A stretch of DNA of 64,000 nucleotides from Octopus sinensis (Eukaryota), in the NCBI RefSeq assembly GCF_006345805.1, contig NC_043010.1, forward strand, positions 2,480,001 through 2,544,000, given 5' to 3'. This document shows, one piece after another, positions 1 through 13,763 of the stretch. The stretch's first letter is position 1. Each line of letters begins with the position of its first letter. The notes under the pieces were generated by a model that did no database searches, was not told the origin of the DNA, and was given only the letters and a program-made list of their open reading frames with translations. Both the position numbers and the translations under genes were made by a program.

Positions 1-1281
1 TAAAATATCAATGTAAACATGAAAGTTGCTAGAATTATGATTGAAACTGCTACATTAGGTATATAAGCATAACACTCTTTTATTAACTGACAATGTATTT
101 ACAAGGAGGCATGAAATTAATACAGTTCACAAATTAAAATTGGATAGGAAAATTGCTGACAGCACAAAATTTTTATGAAGAATTCTGCCAAAAATGAAAA
201 CAACTATAGAAGCATTATTAATATTGAAGTACAAAGAAAATATCAGCAGCTATTTTATTTACAAGAAATAAATCGGATCTACCAGGACACAACTGTTGTA
301 TATTTTTTTTACATTTAGCATTGATGATTTTATCTCTTATTATAAAAGGCAGATTTTATCTCCCTCCCTTTGTAACTTATAGAAATCTACAATATAGGAT
401 TTCTTCAATTACAATTTACCTAGCATTTTTAAGAGTAGAATGCATCAGGTCATGCCAGGTCCAGTTTTTAAAATTTAAACTCCAATTAAGCAAAATTTAC
501 AGAAAACTCACATTCTGGTGTGTATGTCAAATGCTTTTCTTAATGTGGTTTACACCACACGCACACACACACACACAAAAAGGGAGCGATCTCATTCACT
601 CACGCTATCACTCATTTCTGCGACTTTCTCTTTGCACGTTTGCAGCGATTAAAGTGAAACTAATTCGATAAAACGAGAGAAGTGTACCTTAAACCACTAC
701 TAAAAAAAAAAAAACAGCAAACAGAAACAAATAAATACATAATGATTTACTCCTCACACAATTTCTTCAATTAGAGTGTACCCATGATTTTTCAGAGTAC
801 TTCAGTGGGTGATGCCATAAAAAATTTCTTTCAATTTTACCACCAATTAAGACAAAATTCGAGAAAACTCAATATTTTAACATATCACTCCGAAAGCATT
901 GATGTACATGTGTGCGTGCGTGAGTGTGTGTGTGTCATTCCTCACACACACGCATACACATACATATATGAGAGTGGCAAACACAAACGTTTCAAACAAC
1001 TACATACAAACACGTGTGTGTTTGTTATTAGTAAAAAAGGCGCCAAAACACAACTCACTTATCATTCCAACACATTTGCAAAGACACACGGACGGTGGAA
1101 TTGCTATAACAATACAGAAAAGGTAAATTGGTTTTTATTTTACTCTGTATATATTTTATTATATAATATTATATATAGATATATGTATATATAATTGCAG
1201 TATGAAACAGTGTTTATGTATAAACAGACGACACTTATATATAGTTATTATAATAAGAGATTAATAAATGTATGCATCCGT

Positions 1282-1610
1282 TTAACCCTTTCGTTACGAA
1301 ACCGCCCGAATTTACCTATTCATATTTAAATGAGAATATCAGAGCAAATCTCTTTAGTACATTCGTGAAAACACATATTATACTTCGTAAACACTTCAAC
1401 TACAGTTTTGTACAAAAATCGAAGTGTTATTTTAATTCCGTGAATTATGGGAGATTTTTTTCCGAAATTTGTTCCTATTGTGTTTTCAAAATTTGTAATT
1501 CTGACAAAAAATGGATACGAATTTCATTATATCAAGCAGCGAGTCAGAATTCGAAGGATTTTCTACTGAAGACCTTCATAAATCTAACTCTATGACTGAA
1601 AAAAAAAAGC
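1282..1610 (+). mobile_element. 5' end of a piggyBac-like DNA transposon (TIR plus start of transposase), truncated
   Basis: TTAA at 1282-1285 followed by CCCTTTCGTTAC, the same TIR as the MITE at 20950. ORF 1511 begins MDTNFIISSSESEFEGFSTEDL, an acidic N-terminus typical of piggyBac-type transposases. Interrupted by a Helitron at 1612. Confidence 0.65.
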
Positions 1611-1611
1611 A

Positions 1612-2005
1612 TCTTTATATAAGAGTGAAGTTGTGTGTCTGTCTCCTACGATTTAGATTCCTAACTACTCCCACATTTTGCAGTGCAGTTTAACCAAAAG
1701 CGGGTATCTTATAGTCGTGATTCATATCGAGCCCTTCTGGGTATTAGCGCGCGTCTACGATGAGTCTACGATTTAAAAAAAATTTACCATCATATTTTTC
1801 CATTTTAATGCATTTTTTTCGCTTTTATATAAGGGAAGTAACTCTCTAAAAATATCTACGATGTGTCAACGATTTAAAAAAAAATTTACCTTAATTTTTT
1901 TCAATTTTTAATGCATTTTTTTGCTATTTTTTGGCTATAACTCTCTAAAAATGCTTATATAGTTATTTCCCTTACAACCCGAGCAACGCCAGGCGATACT
2001 GCTAG
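1612..2005 (+). mobile_element. Non-autonomous Helitron
   Basis: A|TC start (1611|1612); 3' hairpin cccgagcaacgccagg followed by CTAG|T (2002-2006); second copy at 46842-47234. Confidence 0.85.
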
Positions 2006-2219
2006 TCATTTATAAAATTATTCTCGTGATACTTTGTGCCATACTGCAAAGTGCATGAACATCATTTCATTCTGATGATAAGGCTGCAAAAGCTCTTGAA
2101 ATGGTAATAAACTAATAATGAAATATGAAGAACTCTTAATAAAAAAGAATTAAACTCTAACACAGTCGTGTCTTTAATATAACATTTGAAAGAGCTGTTC
2201 CCTACTAATACAAATGAAC

Positions 2220-2620
2220 ACTCACATATATACATATATATACATATCTATGTATGTATGTATGTACACACACGCACATATATATACAAACATATAGATA
2301 CATTCATCATTTATAGATATGTACAAATACAAATATACTTATAATACATATACATACACATATATACTTGTACATATGCATATAGATAAATGTACTTACA
2401 GATAAATATATAAATATATACACATGTATTCACATACATACATACACGCATGTACATACATATATACACATGCACATAAAGCACACACATATATATATAG
2501 ATACACACACACACACGTGCACATATATATATATATACAAGCACATACAGACACATAAACATAGACACACAAACATATATATACACATACATAAATACAC
2601 ACATACACACACACATCCAT
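2220..2620. repeat. Compound (TA)/(CA)/(TACA) microsatellite
   Basis: Direct reading; source of several spurious Y/I/H/T/C/V ORFs. Confidence 0.95.
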
Positions 2621-3429
2621 ATATATTATATAAGCTGAATTTGAATCATTCTATTATCTATTTTTCCAATTAATGTAAATGTCTGAAGAGAGCCAGAACT
2701 GAGGACTTAATATAGCAACAATAAATGCTATTCCTGGAAAAACTTCAAGTGGCTATGGAATGAGTTAATTATGTATTAAATGTTTCCATATAAGGAGTCG
2801 ATAACTATAGATACAAAATTGGGGTTGGCAGGCAATGTGATGAGGAAGCTCCTGAAGAGCCAATTAAAAAAAACTTACTTTCTTTTTTATTTATATACAT
2901 ACATACATACATACATATATATACACATATATATATATATTCTGATAAGTAAGTTATTTTTCGTCTACTTTCAGTAGGTGCTAAGCTCCTACCAAGTTTG
3001 TAAGTAAGTATAAAAATTGGTTTTGGTTTCCAGTTGAACCCATTTCCTTTGCACAACTAAGTACCTACAAAGTGATGACTAGTATATCTATTTTCCCCTA
3101 TAACCATTTGATTTGCATCTATCATTTCCTACCAGTGCTTGAGATCCTTTTTCCTTTTTTTTTTTGCTTTTTTTTCTTATAAGTTGAGCTGAAAAGACCA
3201 ACTCTTAGACAGCAATGAATTGTAGACTTTATCTGCAATTTAGTTTATTATCACCATCACCGTCACACTATAACCACCACAACCACCATCACCACCACAA
3301 CCACTGTCACCACCACAACCACCATTACCACTGGATGCCTTTAGCAAAGTCCATTCTGTAGCAGGCTAGGTCTTTGGTTTGAGGATAAGTGTTTCCTTTC
3401 CTTTTCTTCCCTATTAGTCTTGGAGAAAT

Positions 3430-3510
3430 GAAGGTGAATGGCCTAGTGGTTAGGGTATTGCACTCACAGTCGCAAGATTGTGGCTTCAATTCCCAGACAG
3501 AGCGCCCTTG
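3430..3510 (+). mobile_element. Degenerate tRNA-like SINE head (family D-like)
   Basis: tggcctagtggttagg (A box) ... ggcttcaattcccagac (B-box-like); similar to the head of the element at 39357 (minus). Confidence 0.6.
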
Positions 3511-3701
3511 AAGAATTTTTCATCGACTGAAACAAACCCAGGACTTATTTTTGTCAAGCATGATACTTATTCTCTCAATCTCTTGTGCTGATCAGTGACG
3601 TTACAAACATATAAATACACGAACACCAGTTGTCAAGTAATGATGAGGGACAAACACACACACATGATGATAATGATATCTATATTTGTATATATATATA
3701 T

Positions 3702-4028
3702 GCCAGCGCCGCCTCGACTGGCTTCCGTGTCGGTGGCACGTAAAAAGCACCATCCGAATCGTAGCCGAAGCCAGTGCCGCCTTGACTGGCTTCCATAAAA
3801 TGCACCAATCCGACCGTGGCCGATGCCAGCCTCGCCTGGCACCAGTGCAGGTGGCACGTAAAAAGCACCCACTACACTCACGGAGTGGTTGGCGTTAGGA
3901 AGGGCATCCAGCTGTAGAAACTTTGCCAGATAAGACCGGAGCCTGGTGCAGCCTTCTGGCTTTCCAGATCCCCAGTCGAACCGTCCAACCCATGCTAGCA
4001 TGGAGAACGGACATTAAATGATGATGAT
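3702..4028 (+). mobile_element. SINE family B ((GAT)n tail, RTE-type 3' end) with 2-3 internal ~60-bp units
   Basis: gcgttaggaagggcatccagctgtagaaac ... ccatgctagcatggagaacggacattaaatgatgatgat; homologous copies at 16895, 17536 and 33323. Confidence 0.9.
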
Positions 4029-4639
4029 ATACATGATGAGCTTCTTACAGTTTCTGTCAACAAATTCACACCCACACACATGGTTTTGGCCAGCCCAAAG
4101 CTGTAGTAGGAGATACTTGCCTAAGATGCCATGCAGTGGGACTGAACTCAGAACAAGCTTCTTACCACACAGCCACATCTGCACCTATTACTTAACCAAT
4201 CAATTAGTTAACTGATGAAACGGTTAACCAATTGACAAATAATAATAACAGAACCAACGCATGAGTTTGTCATTGGCACAATGACCCACCCAAGATACAA
4301 CTGAAATGATTACTTTATCTGGAACAGTTTATATTATTATTCATTCCCTCATAGTTGCTGTTTAGCCCTAGGCCTGTTCTCTCTGAATAGACTTATAACT
4401 AATCAAAGGTCCTTATAATATATATTTTTCAATTATTAAATCTATAACACCATTACCTGACAAATGCTTTCCCATTCTTTTCAAATCACAAGATGTGATT
4501 TAAGGAAGATTTGGTTATTTCAAACATATGGAACTACCCCCTTCAATCCACTAAACAGTCTATCCAGATCTTTCCTTCAGTCCAACACCTTTGATGGATA
4601 TTTTATCAACCCTGGAAGAATGAGAGGCAAAGAGGAAGT

Positions 4640-5620
4640 TTCTCAGAAATGTTTTCTGACAGCATTCCTGTTAACAGCTTCCACACTAATAGTAAGCAAG
4701 TGATTGGTCTGTCATTACTAGCTATTTTGCCCTTGTCTTTCTTAAGGAATACTGTTCTTCTAATCATCCAATTAGTTAAGACTCTTCCATTCAGGAAATC
4801 CTGAAGTTGTTCCCTCAGTCTCCTATGTAAGGTATTAAATTTTCTTAACCAGCACCTTTGAACTAAATCTGGTCCTGGGTCTCACCAATTTGGCATTCTT
4901 CCTAACATGATACTCATTAATGAACTAATTAGCTTTAGATCTGGCTGCTTCTCATTAACTACTTCTTCCTTCCCTTTCTTTAACCATGCTGCGTCATCAT
5001 TTATCAATCCAGACCTTTCTAGCTTCTTCTGCATAAGGCTTCTCATCTTCAGTAGTTTCTTCTAGACTATCTATATGAGAATGAAATCTCTTCGGTGGAT
5101 TTCAAACGATCTGTTCCATTGACACTGATTAATTCCTTTCTAATATCTGGAAAGCTTATCTGCTATTGATATGATACATTGTTTCACCTCTTCCATGATT
5201 GTCCCAAATCGTTTTTCTTTTCTTCTCAAGAGAAGATTTAAATCTTGAGTTTCCTAAATTGTCCAGTTTCTATTCAACTGAGATCTTGTCCTGCTCCTAT
5301 TCAACTGAGATCTTGTCTTAAAGTCTTCACTTTATTTTTTCATCTCCTTTTCCACATCTGCTCCTTCCTAATCTTTCCTATAGGAATACCTAGTCTGCTA
5401 GTAACTACTAGCCCTCCTGCATAAAATCAATACGTTTTTGTCACCTATATTTTTAGTATCTATCCTAGTGATAACAGAATCTACTTTCTTAGTAATATCT
5501 AGCAATTTCCTTCTATTAACACCTTTTAATGCAGGTAATCTTTTTCTTTCTTCTTTACTCGTTACTTCCTTCAAACTCATCTAAAATCTTGTCTCCCTCA
5601 CTGAAGTTGCTAGCGTCAGG
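4640..5620 (-). pseudogene. Degraded R4/Dong-clade non-LTR retrotransposon ORF (pre-RT region and start of RT)
   Basis: Minus-strand translation gives RKRLPALKGVNRRKLLDITKKVD..., KPYAEEARKVW..INDDAAWLK and MPNW*DPGPDLVQRCWLRKF...RTVFLKKDKGKIASNDRPITCLLLVWKLLTGML, with stops and frameshifts. Confidence 0.8.
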
Positions 5621-5807
5621 TTTTCCTTCCTGATCAGAAATGCTATTTTTTTTTTTTTTGCAGGCTCTTCATTGGCTTGAACTGTATCAATTATGTATCT
5701 TGCAGAAAGGATTATTATCATTATCATTATTATCATTATTATTATTAAAGCAGCAAGCTAGTGGGATTGTTACTACACCAGACGAAATGCATAGCAGCAT
5801 TTCTTCT

Positions 5808-5925
5808 AAGGCAGTGAGCTGGTAGAATTGTTAGCAAGGTTGGACAAAATGCTTAGCAAATGTCTTCTGGCTCTTTACATTCTGAGTTCAAATACTGCTG
5901 AGACCAACTTTGCCTTCCACCTTTT
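5808..5925 (+). mobile_element. SINE family C (tRNA-derived), partial
   Basis: aaggcagtgagctggtagaattgttagc...ctgagttcaaatactgctgagaccaactttgccttccacc; many homologues in the window. Confidence 0.8.
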
Positions 5926-5932
5926 GGTGTCA

Positions 5933-6088
5933 GAGTGGCTGCGTGGTAAGTAGCTTTCTTACCAACCACATAGTTCCGGGTTCAGTCCCATTGTGTGGCA
6001 CCTTGGGCAAGTGTCTTCTACTATAGCTTTGGACCAACCAAAGCCTTGTGAGTGGATTTGGTAGAGGGAAACTGAAAGAAGTCCGTTG

Positions 6089-6121
<33 letters not shown>

Positions 6122-6335
6122 ATGTTTGTGTGTCTATGTTTGTCGCCCCCCACCATCACTTGACAACCGATGTTGGTGTGTTTACGTCCCTGTAACTTAG
6201 TGGCTCAGCAAGAGAGACTGATAGAATAAGTACTAGGCTTACAAAAGAATAAGTCCTGGGGTTGATTTGTTCAACTAAAGGTGCTGCTCCAGCATGGCCT
6301 CAGTCAAATGACTGAAACAAATAAAAGAATAAAAA
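5933..6335 (+). mobile_element. SINE family A (tRNA head, internal microsatellite), near full length
   Basis: gagtggctgcgtggtaagtagc...ggttcagtccca...ccttgggcaagtgtcttc...cagtcaaatgactgaaacaa; matches copies at 14464, 23112, 36996 and 37683. Confidence 0.9.
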
Positions 6336-6919
6336 AATACCAATCTAGTCCAGGAGTCAATATAATCAACTACTCCCTTCCTAATTACTGGTACTATGTC
6401 AGATTTTTAAGCAATTTTTATGATCATTAATGATTTCTTTCAGATTTTTGAGGGTAATCAGAGTATATTGATCTAACTTCAGTGCTTGGTTGGTTCTTGT
6501 ATGATAAAACCCAGAAAAAGGAAAAGCCCCAAACCAACCATCTAGGGAAATATGAACTTAGTGTGAGTAAATAAGGGGATGCAGCTAAGTAACTAAATAC
6601 TATGTCACAAAGCAATTCAATGTAAGATTTCTGCCATTCTTGAAGGGGAGGAAGAGGATATCAAAAACAAAATATAAACAATGACAACAACAATAGCAAC
6701 AAAAAAATACTGTCTTCCAATTGTCAGCTTTCATTTCAGAGAATTAAAAAAAAAAAAACTGAGAGAGATGGAAGAGAGAACTCAACCTAAAGTCAACAGT
6801 GAAACGATCCCCTACCCCACGTTCTGTACAGCAAAGAATCTAATCCAAAGAGTTATGTCCATAGTTACACCAGGAATATTTCCAGTATTTCTCACTTCCA
6901 CACTCACACACACATCTTG

Positions 6920-6967
<48 letters not shown>

Positions 6968-7128
6968 TACATATATACATATATATATATATGTATACAT
7001 TTATATATACATGAATATATGTATATATATATATGTATACATTTATATATACATAATATATATATATATGTATACATTTATATATACATAAATATATATA
7101 TATATATACATTTATATATACATAAATA

Positions 7129-7162
<34 letters not shown>

Positions 7163-7190
7163 TACATACATATATATACATACACCCCAC
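6920..7190. repeat. (TA)n-based microsatellite
   Basis: Direct reading. Confidence 0.95.
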
Positions 7191-7771
7191 CACCACCACT
7201 ATAGCATTCTTATATTTTGCTTCTTCCTTCATCTCTTCCTCTTTCAACTTCTTCATACTCTTCTTCTTTCGATTTCAGCATCTTCACATTCTTCTTTTTC
7301 TTCTTCTACATCACTTACCTCCTTCTCTTCTTTTCCTTCTTTTTCTTTCTCCACTTTTATTCTTTCTATTTCTCTGGGTTTTTTTTCTTCATTTTTCTTC
7401 TTTTCTTCTCATTCTTATTTTTTTCCTTCTTGTCTTATTCAGTTCCCACACACATTCACTAAGAGCTATGTTTTATAATCATTTCCAGCCTGGTTCACTC
7501 TCTTCACCAGAGGCACACACACACACACACACACACACACCACACACACACACACACGCACACACACACACCACACACCATAAACTCCATAGTTTCTCTT
7601 ATCCTTCTCAAATCCCACTCAGATTTATTTACACAGCAATCAATACATGACATTTATATTTGAAACGAGTGATGGCGATGGCGGTAGTGACGGTGATGCC
7701 GATGGTGGTGATCAGGAGAGAGGCAGGGAAACAGTGAATGTTAAAAATAAAGGTAAAAGAAACACATATAT

Positions 7772-7804
<33 letters not shown>

Positions 7805-8285
7805 TAACAAAAACAAAAACTGAGAAACAAAATGGTGAGAGGCAAAAAAATATTCAGAATTCTGGAGTCAGTGTGGGTAGTCTCAGATTTAGAATAGGGG
7901 GTGGGAAATAAAAAGGGAAAAAAAGAAAAAGGAGAGAGGATTATTAGCACAGATTCTCAAATGATACAGTAGGCGTAGGAACGATGCAATGATTTATTAG
8001 AAAAAGCTATCCTTCAAACTACTTTAAAAAAAAAATGTAGCAACAAAACAAGGGAGGTAATCGCTCTTAGTTTTTTTTTTACCCCTTTTTTTCTTCCAAT
8101 TTCCTTCACTTTTTTTCTTTTTCTTTTCCATTTCTTCCTTTATATTTTTAATTTTTTTTTTCTTCTTTTAGGTAATCCCCCTATCCCTACCCTCTGCCTA
8201 AACTCACCCTACTGCAATTTTGCTACGGTTCCATCACTTTGTTGGAAAATTGATTTCTAGCAGAGCAAGAGGAAAGCACTGAAAT

Positions 8286-8318
<33 letters not shown>

Positions 8319-9299
8319 CACATATATTTACCAGTCTAAAGTATCCAAATATGTAGTTATCTACAATGGGTAAGAAATGGCAGTAAGTTGTAAATCACAT
8401 GTATGATGTATGTGTGATTATGTTCATATATTCACACATACACTTATATACATACACACTCACTCACACATGTGTGTATGTGTATGTATGTATGTGTATA
8501 CACGCAAAAACATACATTTTATAATAAACGCAAATATACACATATATATTATATATGTATATATACACACACATTTATGCAGATAGATATACTAGGCACA
8601 AAACATGTATTTTATAATAAACACATACAAACATATATGTATACACACATTTATATAGATAGATATATTAGACACACAAATACATATTTTATAATATAAA
8701 CAATATACACACCAACATATATGCATAGATACACATACATGAATATATGCCCAAACACACAGGCGATATCATGTGTGCACTCATAAATAAGTGTGTGTGA
8801 TAGAAAAAAAATGTACAATTCCAATAAGAAACTAGAAGAAACAAAGGAGAGGGAAAAAAATTTCCTTTTCCTTCCTGACTCAAAATCAAGAACATCTGAG
8901 AATTCCTCTAAATATATATGTGAAGCTTTGCGAAGCAAATCAGGTTTGAATTTCTGTGATTAAGTTACAAAAGCTAATCTAATATTATAAAAGCAAGTAA
9001 GATGGCAAGAGTAAGCTATGTGTTTCAGGCACTTGACTCACAGCTCATTGGCGATATGTTCAAATCAGGCTCTGTACATTGCAGAATGGGATACACCAGA
9101 GTTAATAGCACTTATATTGAACATAACTTAGCTGATGGAGAAATGTTGTTAACGGACAGACAGACGCAGTTGGACTGGCTGGCAAATGGATGGACGAATG
9201 GTTTTTGACAGATACTCAGATAGATTGATAGATAGATAGCGAGTTATTCATTCAGACAGATTGATCAATAGATGGATAGACAGACATACTCAGAGAGAC

Positions 9300-9307
9300 T
9301 CATAGAC

Positions 9308-9364
<57 letters not shown>

Positions 9365-9460
9365 CATACATACATACATACATACATACATACATACATA
9401 CATAGAAATGATAGATAGTTAGATGGATAGATAGATAGAGAGAGAGCAAGAGAGAGTGAG
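9300..9460. repeat. (GATA)n/(CATA)n/(GA)n microsatellites
   Basis: Direct reading. Confidence 0.95.
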
Positions 9461-9658
9461 AGAGAGAGATTGGCAGATCGATTGATATCTACCTAGCTAT
9501 CTAGCTACATAAGTAGACAGACAGACAGGTAGATATCTATCTATATATTTACATATGCACACACAATCAGAGATGCACAGAATTTTTTCTCTCTGCAGCA
9601 ACTAACATTAAGTATTCTAAAAAGCTACATCTATGAGCTACTGGTGTGATTAGCTTCT

Positions 9659-9706
<48 letters not shown>

Positions 9707-11334
9707 TTCTTGGTTGAAGAAAATGTTAAAGCAAAGTTATTGTATTAAAACAGCAAGAACTAAAGAAAATGATGTTCTGCATTGGACATAAAAAAATAAC
9801 AACGAACAAAATTGTCTGATTGGGAATGGAACGAGTGGAGAGAAACTAACGAGATGCTGTTGGTCTGAACTTGTCTCTCATTGAATATGACAACCAGACT
9901 CTTGGGTTTCTTTAGTAGGGTTCACTTTTCCTTTTGTATCTTTTTGTCAGGAGGGAAGACAGTGTACATGGCACTTTCCAATGACTCCAAGAATAGTGGG
10001 AAGAATCAATCTAGAAAATGTCATAGAAAATGTCATATGCACTGCCTTCTTCTCTGCAACAGATAAGATACCACTAAAGGTACCCAAGAACCAAATGGAC
10101 CAATTCGTATTATTAAATTGCCTAAAGGAATCAGTCATCCAATAGCTAGGTAGGCATTAACAGGAGTTCAATCCTTACTGCAAGGGAACCAAGTATTTTC
10201 AATTCCATGCCTGTGCACTTGAAACACAGGAGCCAACTTGACTCATTTTTGTTAAGGGAGTACTTTTCAGAATTCATAAGGCATACAAAGCAAATTTTAT
10301 TCTTACTGTTCAATAGAAAGAGGTTGTGAGAAGTGATATGCATACGTTTAGCACATTATACCACCAGCAAAGTCAGGGTTAATCCAGAATGCAAAGAGGC
10401 AAATACAACAAAGCACTCTGTCAAATATTCTTGAAGTTCTATCAATCCAATGCTCTGGGTTGGCACATTTTTCTCAAGCAAGAAAGTACTACATGATTTG
10501 TAGTTTATTATTCCTTTCATATGATTTGGGGACACTGGAAGCCATAAGAAACATAAAATGTGTTCACACATGACTGTGTGGTCAAGAAGTTTGTTTCCCA
10601 GCCATGTGGTTCTGGATTCAGTCCCACTGTGTGGCAGGTTGGGCTAGTGCCTACTATTACCCCAGACTGACCAAAGTCTTTTAAGTTGATTTGGTAGATG
10701 AAGACTTAAAGAAGCTTGTCATATAATTTCTATATAAAACTCTCATCCATTGTATAAATAAATATACTGAAATATCAATCAACATATTAAAAATCACTTA
10801 ATATTAAATTAAAAATATCCTCATAATAAATATGAAACTTTACTATAACAAATACACAATAAACATCAACATAAAAGCGTTATATATATATATATTAAAT
10901 AAACCTAACATGTATAAAATTACAACAATTAAAAACAAAACCAAAGTCAAATTAATATATTTAATAAAGAGACAATACAAAACAGTGTGTGTGCATGTGT
11001 GTGTTTCTGAATCTGTCTCTGTGTGTGTCTCTCTCTCTTTGTCTTGACATCACATCATAGCTATAAATGAGTGTCACACAGGTTATGTCTTTTATTCCCC
11101 TGGACATATGTCTGGTCACCAAAAACATTGACACGCTTGGAAACAGGTGAGGGTTGGTAACAAGATATGGCTTCGATTGTAGAAAAACTGCCTCAAGAAA
11201 CTCAGAGAGAGAGAGAGAGAGTGTGTGTGTATTAGGGATAAAACATATTTAGTTGACATGGAAATAGAACTCAGAGAAACACAGGGGGTGGAGGAGTTCT
11301 ATTCCCATGTCATATATATATATATATATAAAAT

Positions 11335-11688
11335 ACAAAATGGGACAAGAATGCAAAACATCCGGACAGTTAGGTGATACAAAGATGGGACAATAAAACA
11401 TCCAGATAGACGATACAAAGAAAACAAGGACGAGTCATTCGAAGTTTTCTTTCCTCAGTCAAGTACCAGATTATCTTTGCAATTTCGGCTGATTATACTT
11501 GAGATTGCTCCAATCTGGCCAGCCCCTAGGAAAAACTAAGGTAAGAGCATTAGATTCCTTGGAAGAAAGCAGCGAATGTATACAAAAATAATGACGGAAA
11601 AAAACGGACAATGTTACACAAATACAATAAAAATAATAACAGGACATAACAACAGGACATAACAACAGGTGTCTTTCGACTAAGAAAT
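11335..11688 (-). mobile_element. Probable Penelope-type pseudo-LTR repeat
   Basis: Flanked by (TA)n on both sides; the minus strand has a ctgaggaaagaaaacttcgaa core-like motif followed by a pyrimidine-rich tail, similar in layout to other PLE-like repeats here. Confidence 0.45.
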
Positions 11689-12029
11689 ATATATATATAT
11701 ATATATGCGTGTGTGTGTGTATTTGTGTATATGTATATATACTCACTTCTGTATAACTATTTTGTAACAGCTATGATGCCTTTAACAGCCACCTGTCCAT
11801 TTTTTATTATAGTGTATGATATATATATATAAAGATAAATATAAATATGTATAGGCCACATGTGTCTAAACTAAGTCTAACGATCACTATTAACATTATC
11901 ATCAATTGAAGGAACCTCTATGTTGTCACTTGATTTCCTAAAAATAACAGTTAAATCTCTTGCCTATCGAATTATACCATTTAAAATAAGAAAAACAAAA
12001 ACAACTGGATAATGTAGCTCCACATAGGC

Positions 12030-12435
12030 ATAGCTTTATTGTTAAGAATCTCACTTTGCAACCATGTGGGTTCAGGTTCTATCTCACTGTGCTGCATCTT
12101 AAGCAAGTGTCTCCTACTATAAAAGATCAACCAATTACCTTATGAATGAATTTGGTTGATAGAAACTGTGTAGAAGACTATCATATGTGTGTGTGTGTGT
12201 GTGTCTGTTTCTGTCTGTCTGTCTCTCCTTGTTTGTACCCTACTATTGCTTGATAGCGAGTGTTAGTTTGTTTATGTCCCTATAACCTAGCAGTTCTGCA
12301 AAAGTGTTTTATGGAAATGGTATTTGAGTTTTTTTAAAAAAAGTAACAGGATTGATTTCTTTGACTGAAGCCCTTAAAAGTGGTGCCCCAGCTTGGCCAC
12401 AGTCCAATGACTGAAACAAGTATAAGATAAAAGGT
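12030..12435 (+). mobile_element. Diverged SINE family A
   Basis: Same module order as other A copies (caggttctatctcactgtg...aagcaagtgtctcc...cagtccaatgactgaaacaag). Confidence 0.75.
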
Positions 12436-13763
12436 GTACTATGTCTTGGGCAGGAGGATGGATGGATGGTCATGACTGGAACATGATCAATTTGTTTGTT
12501 GTATCAGCTCTAACCTGATGAGCAAAAAAACACCAACAACAACAACAACAACCATATGTCTATCATAACGAGACAAAGATAATTTAATAATTACTCTTCA
12601 TTTATAAATAATTATAAAATCCTGCCAAAGAATTCAACAAAAGTGAAACAAAACAAAAAGAAAAACAAACACGGAGGGAAAAGAAAAGAAAAAGAAAAAA
12701 ACTGCTGCATATTAATGAACATAATGAGTGTTAAATTAGCGCTAGTTATTAAGAGCATTCTCTTGATGAAGAAATTTTCCTGTGTAATTTCTATATAGGT
12801 TTTTAATAGTTGTTTCATTTTGGAAATAATTGACGAAAGAGACTTTTGAGAAATATATCGAAGAATATGTATAAATATCATTTAATTATAATTACATCAA
12901 TTAGCTGGGATTATCAATCATTAAATTTGAACACAACCTCATTATATTGCTTGTCAGTGCTGCAGGGCTAGAGCTGCAGGGGAAGAACCATCGTTAGTAA
13001 TCTAGGATTAACTATAGATAAACAGCTTCCAAGACGCCAGAATGTCTCTCACAAGCCACAAATTATCTATGAAAGAAAGAAAGAGAGAAGGAGAGAAATG
13101 GAGGAAGAGAGAAATGGGGAAGAATGGCTTGAGAAAGAAAGGCTGAGAGAGGAAGAAACTGTGTTTGCTTGCGAAGTGAAATAAGTAGGATTAAAATACT
13201 ATATTACTGAGCTCAACTATCATCGCTAATAAGCAGTGATTTCTTTGGAATATTCTACCAATCAGTCTACTTATTTATCTATCTGTCTCACTATTTCACT
13301 CACTGTCTATGTACCTACCTACCTACCTATCTATCTATCTTTCTATCTATCTATCTATCTATCTATCTACCTATCTGTATGACTGTCTGTCTTCTCAACC
13401 TCTCTCTCTCTCTCTTTCTCTCTCTGTTTATCCTTCAACCTATATCTCTGGAAGTATATCAAGCTATGTATGCATGCATTTGGCTCACGAGTTTCTTAGT
13501 GTATGCACAATAGTTGATACAGTCATCTGACACAGACAAATACAAGAATTATACAGATCGCTGTGCAAGAGTATATATGCATGCAAAATATTACTTGTGT
13601 ATATGCACACACATACACACACACACATATATTTGTATGAGTGGGTATGCGTGTGTAAGTATGAGTGTGTGTGTGTGTGTGTGTGTGCATGCGCATGTGT
13701 GTAGTTGGCTATGAATCTCTGTAACTCAAGTTTACTTGAAAACTGATGTTTCTCTCCATTACT

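Noticed and set aside
321-1595. ORFs 321-671, 784-1194 and 1272-1595
   Set aside because: Composition reflects AT-rich non-coding DNA and (CA)/(TG) runs; no motifs.
9860-10560. Coding-like unique stretch
   Set aside because: The frames I translated are interrupted and no TE or protein motif was recognised.
11435-11458. Seventh hammerhead-like motif (minus: CUGAGGA-AAGAAAACUUC-GAA)
   Set aside because: Stem III register is off and stem I does not pair; kept only as a weak PLE-like repeat.
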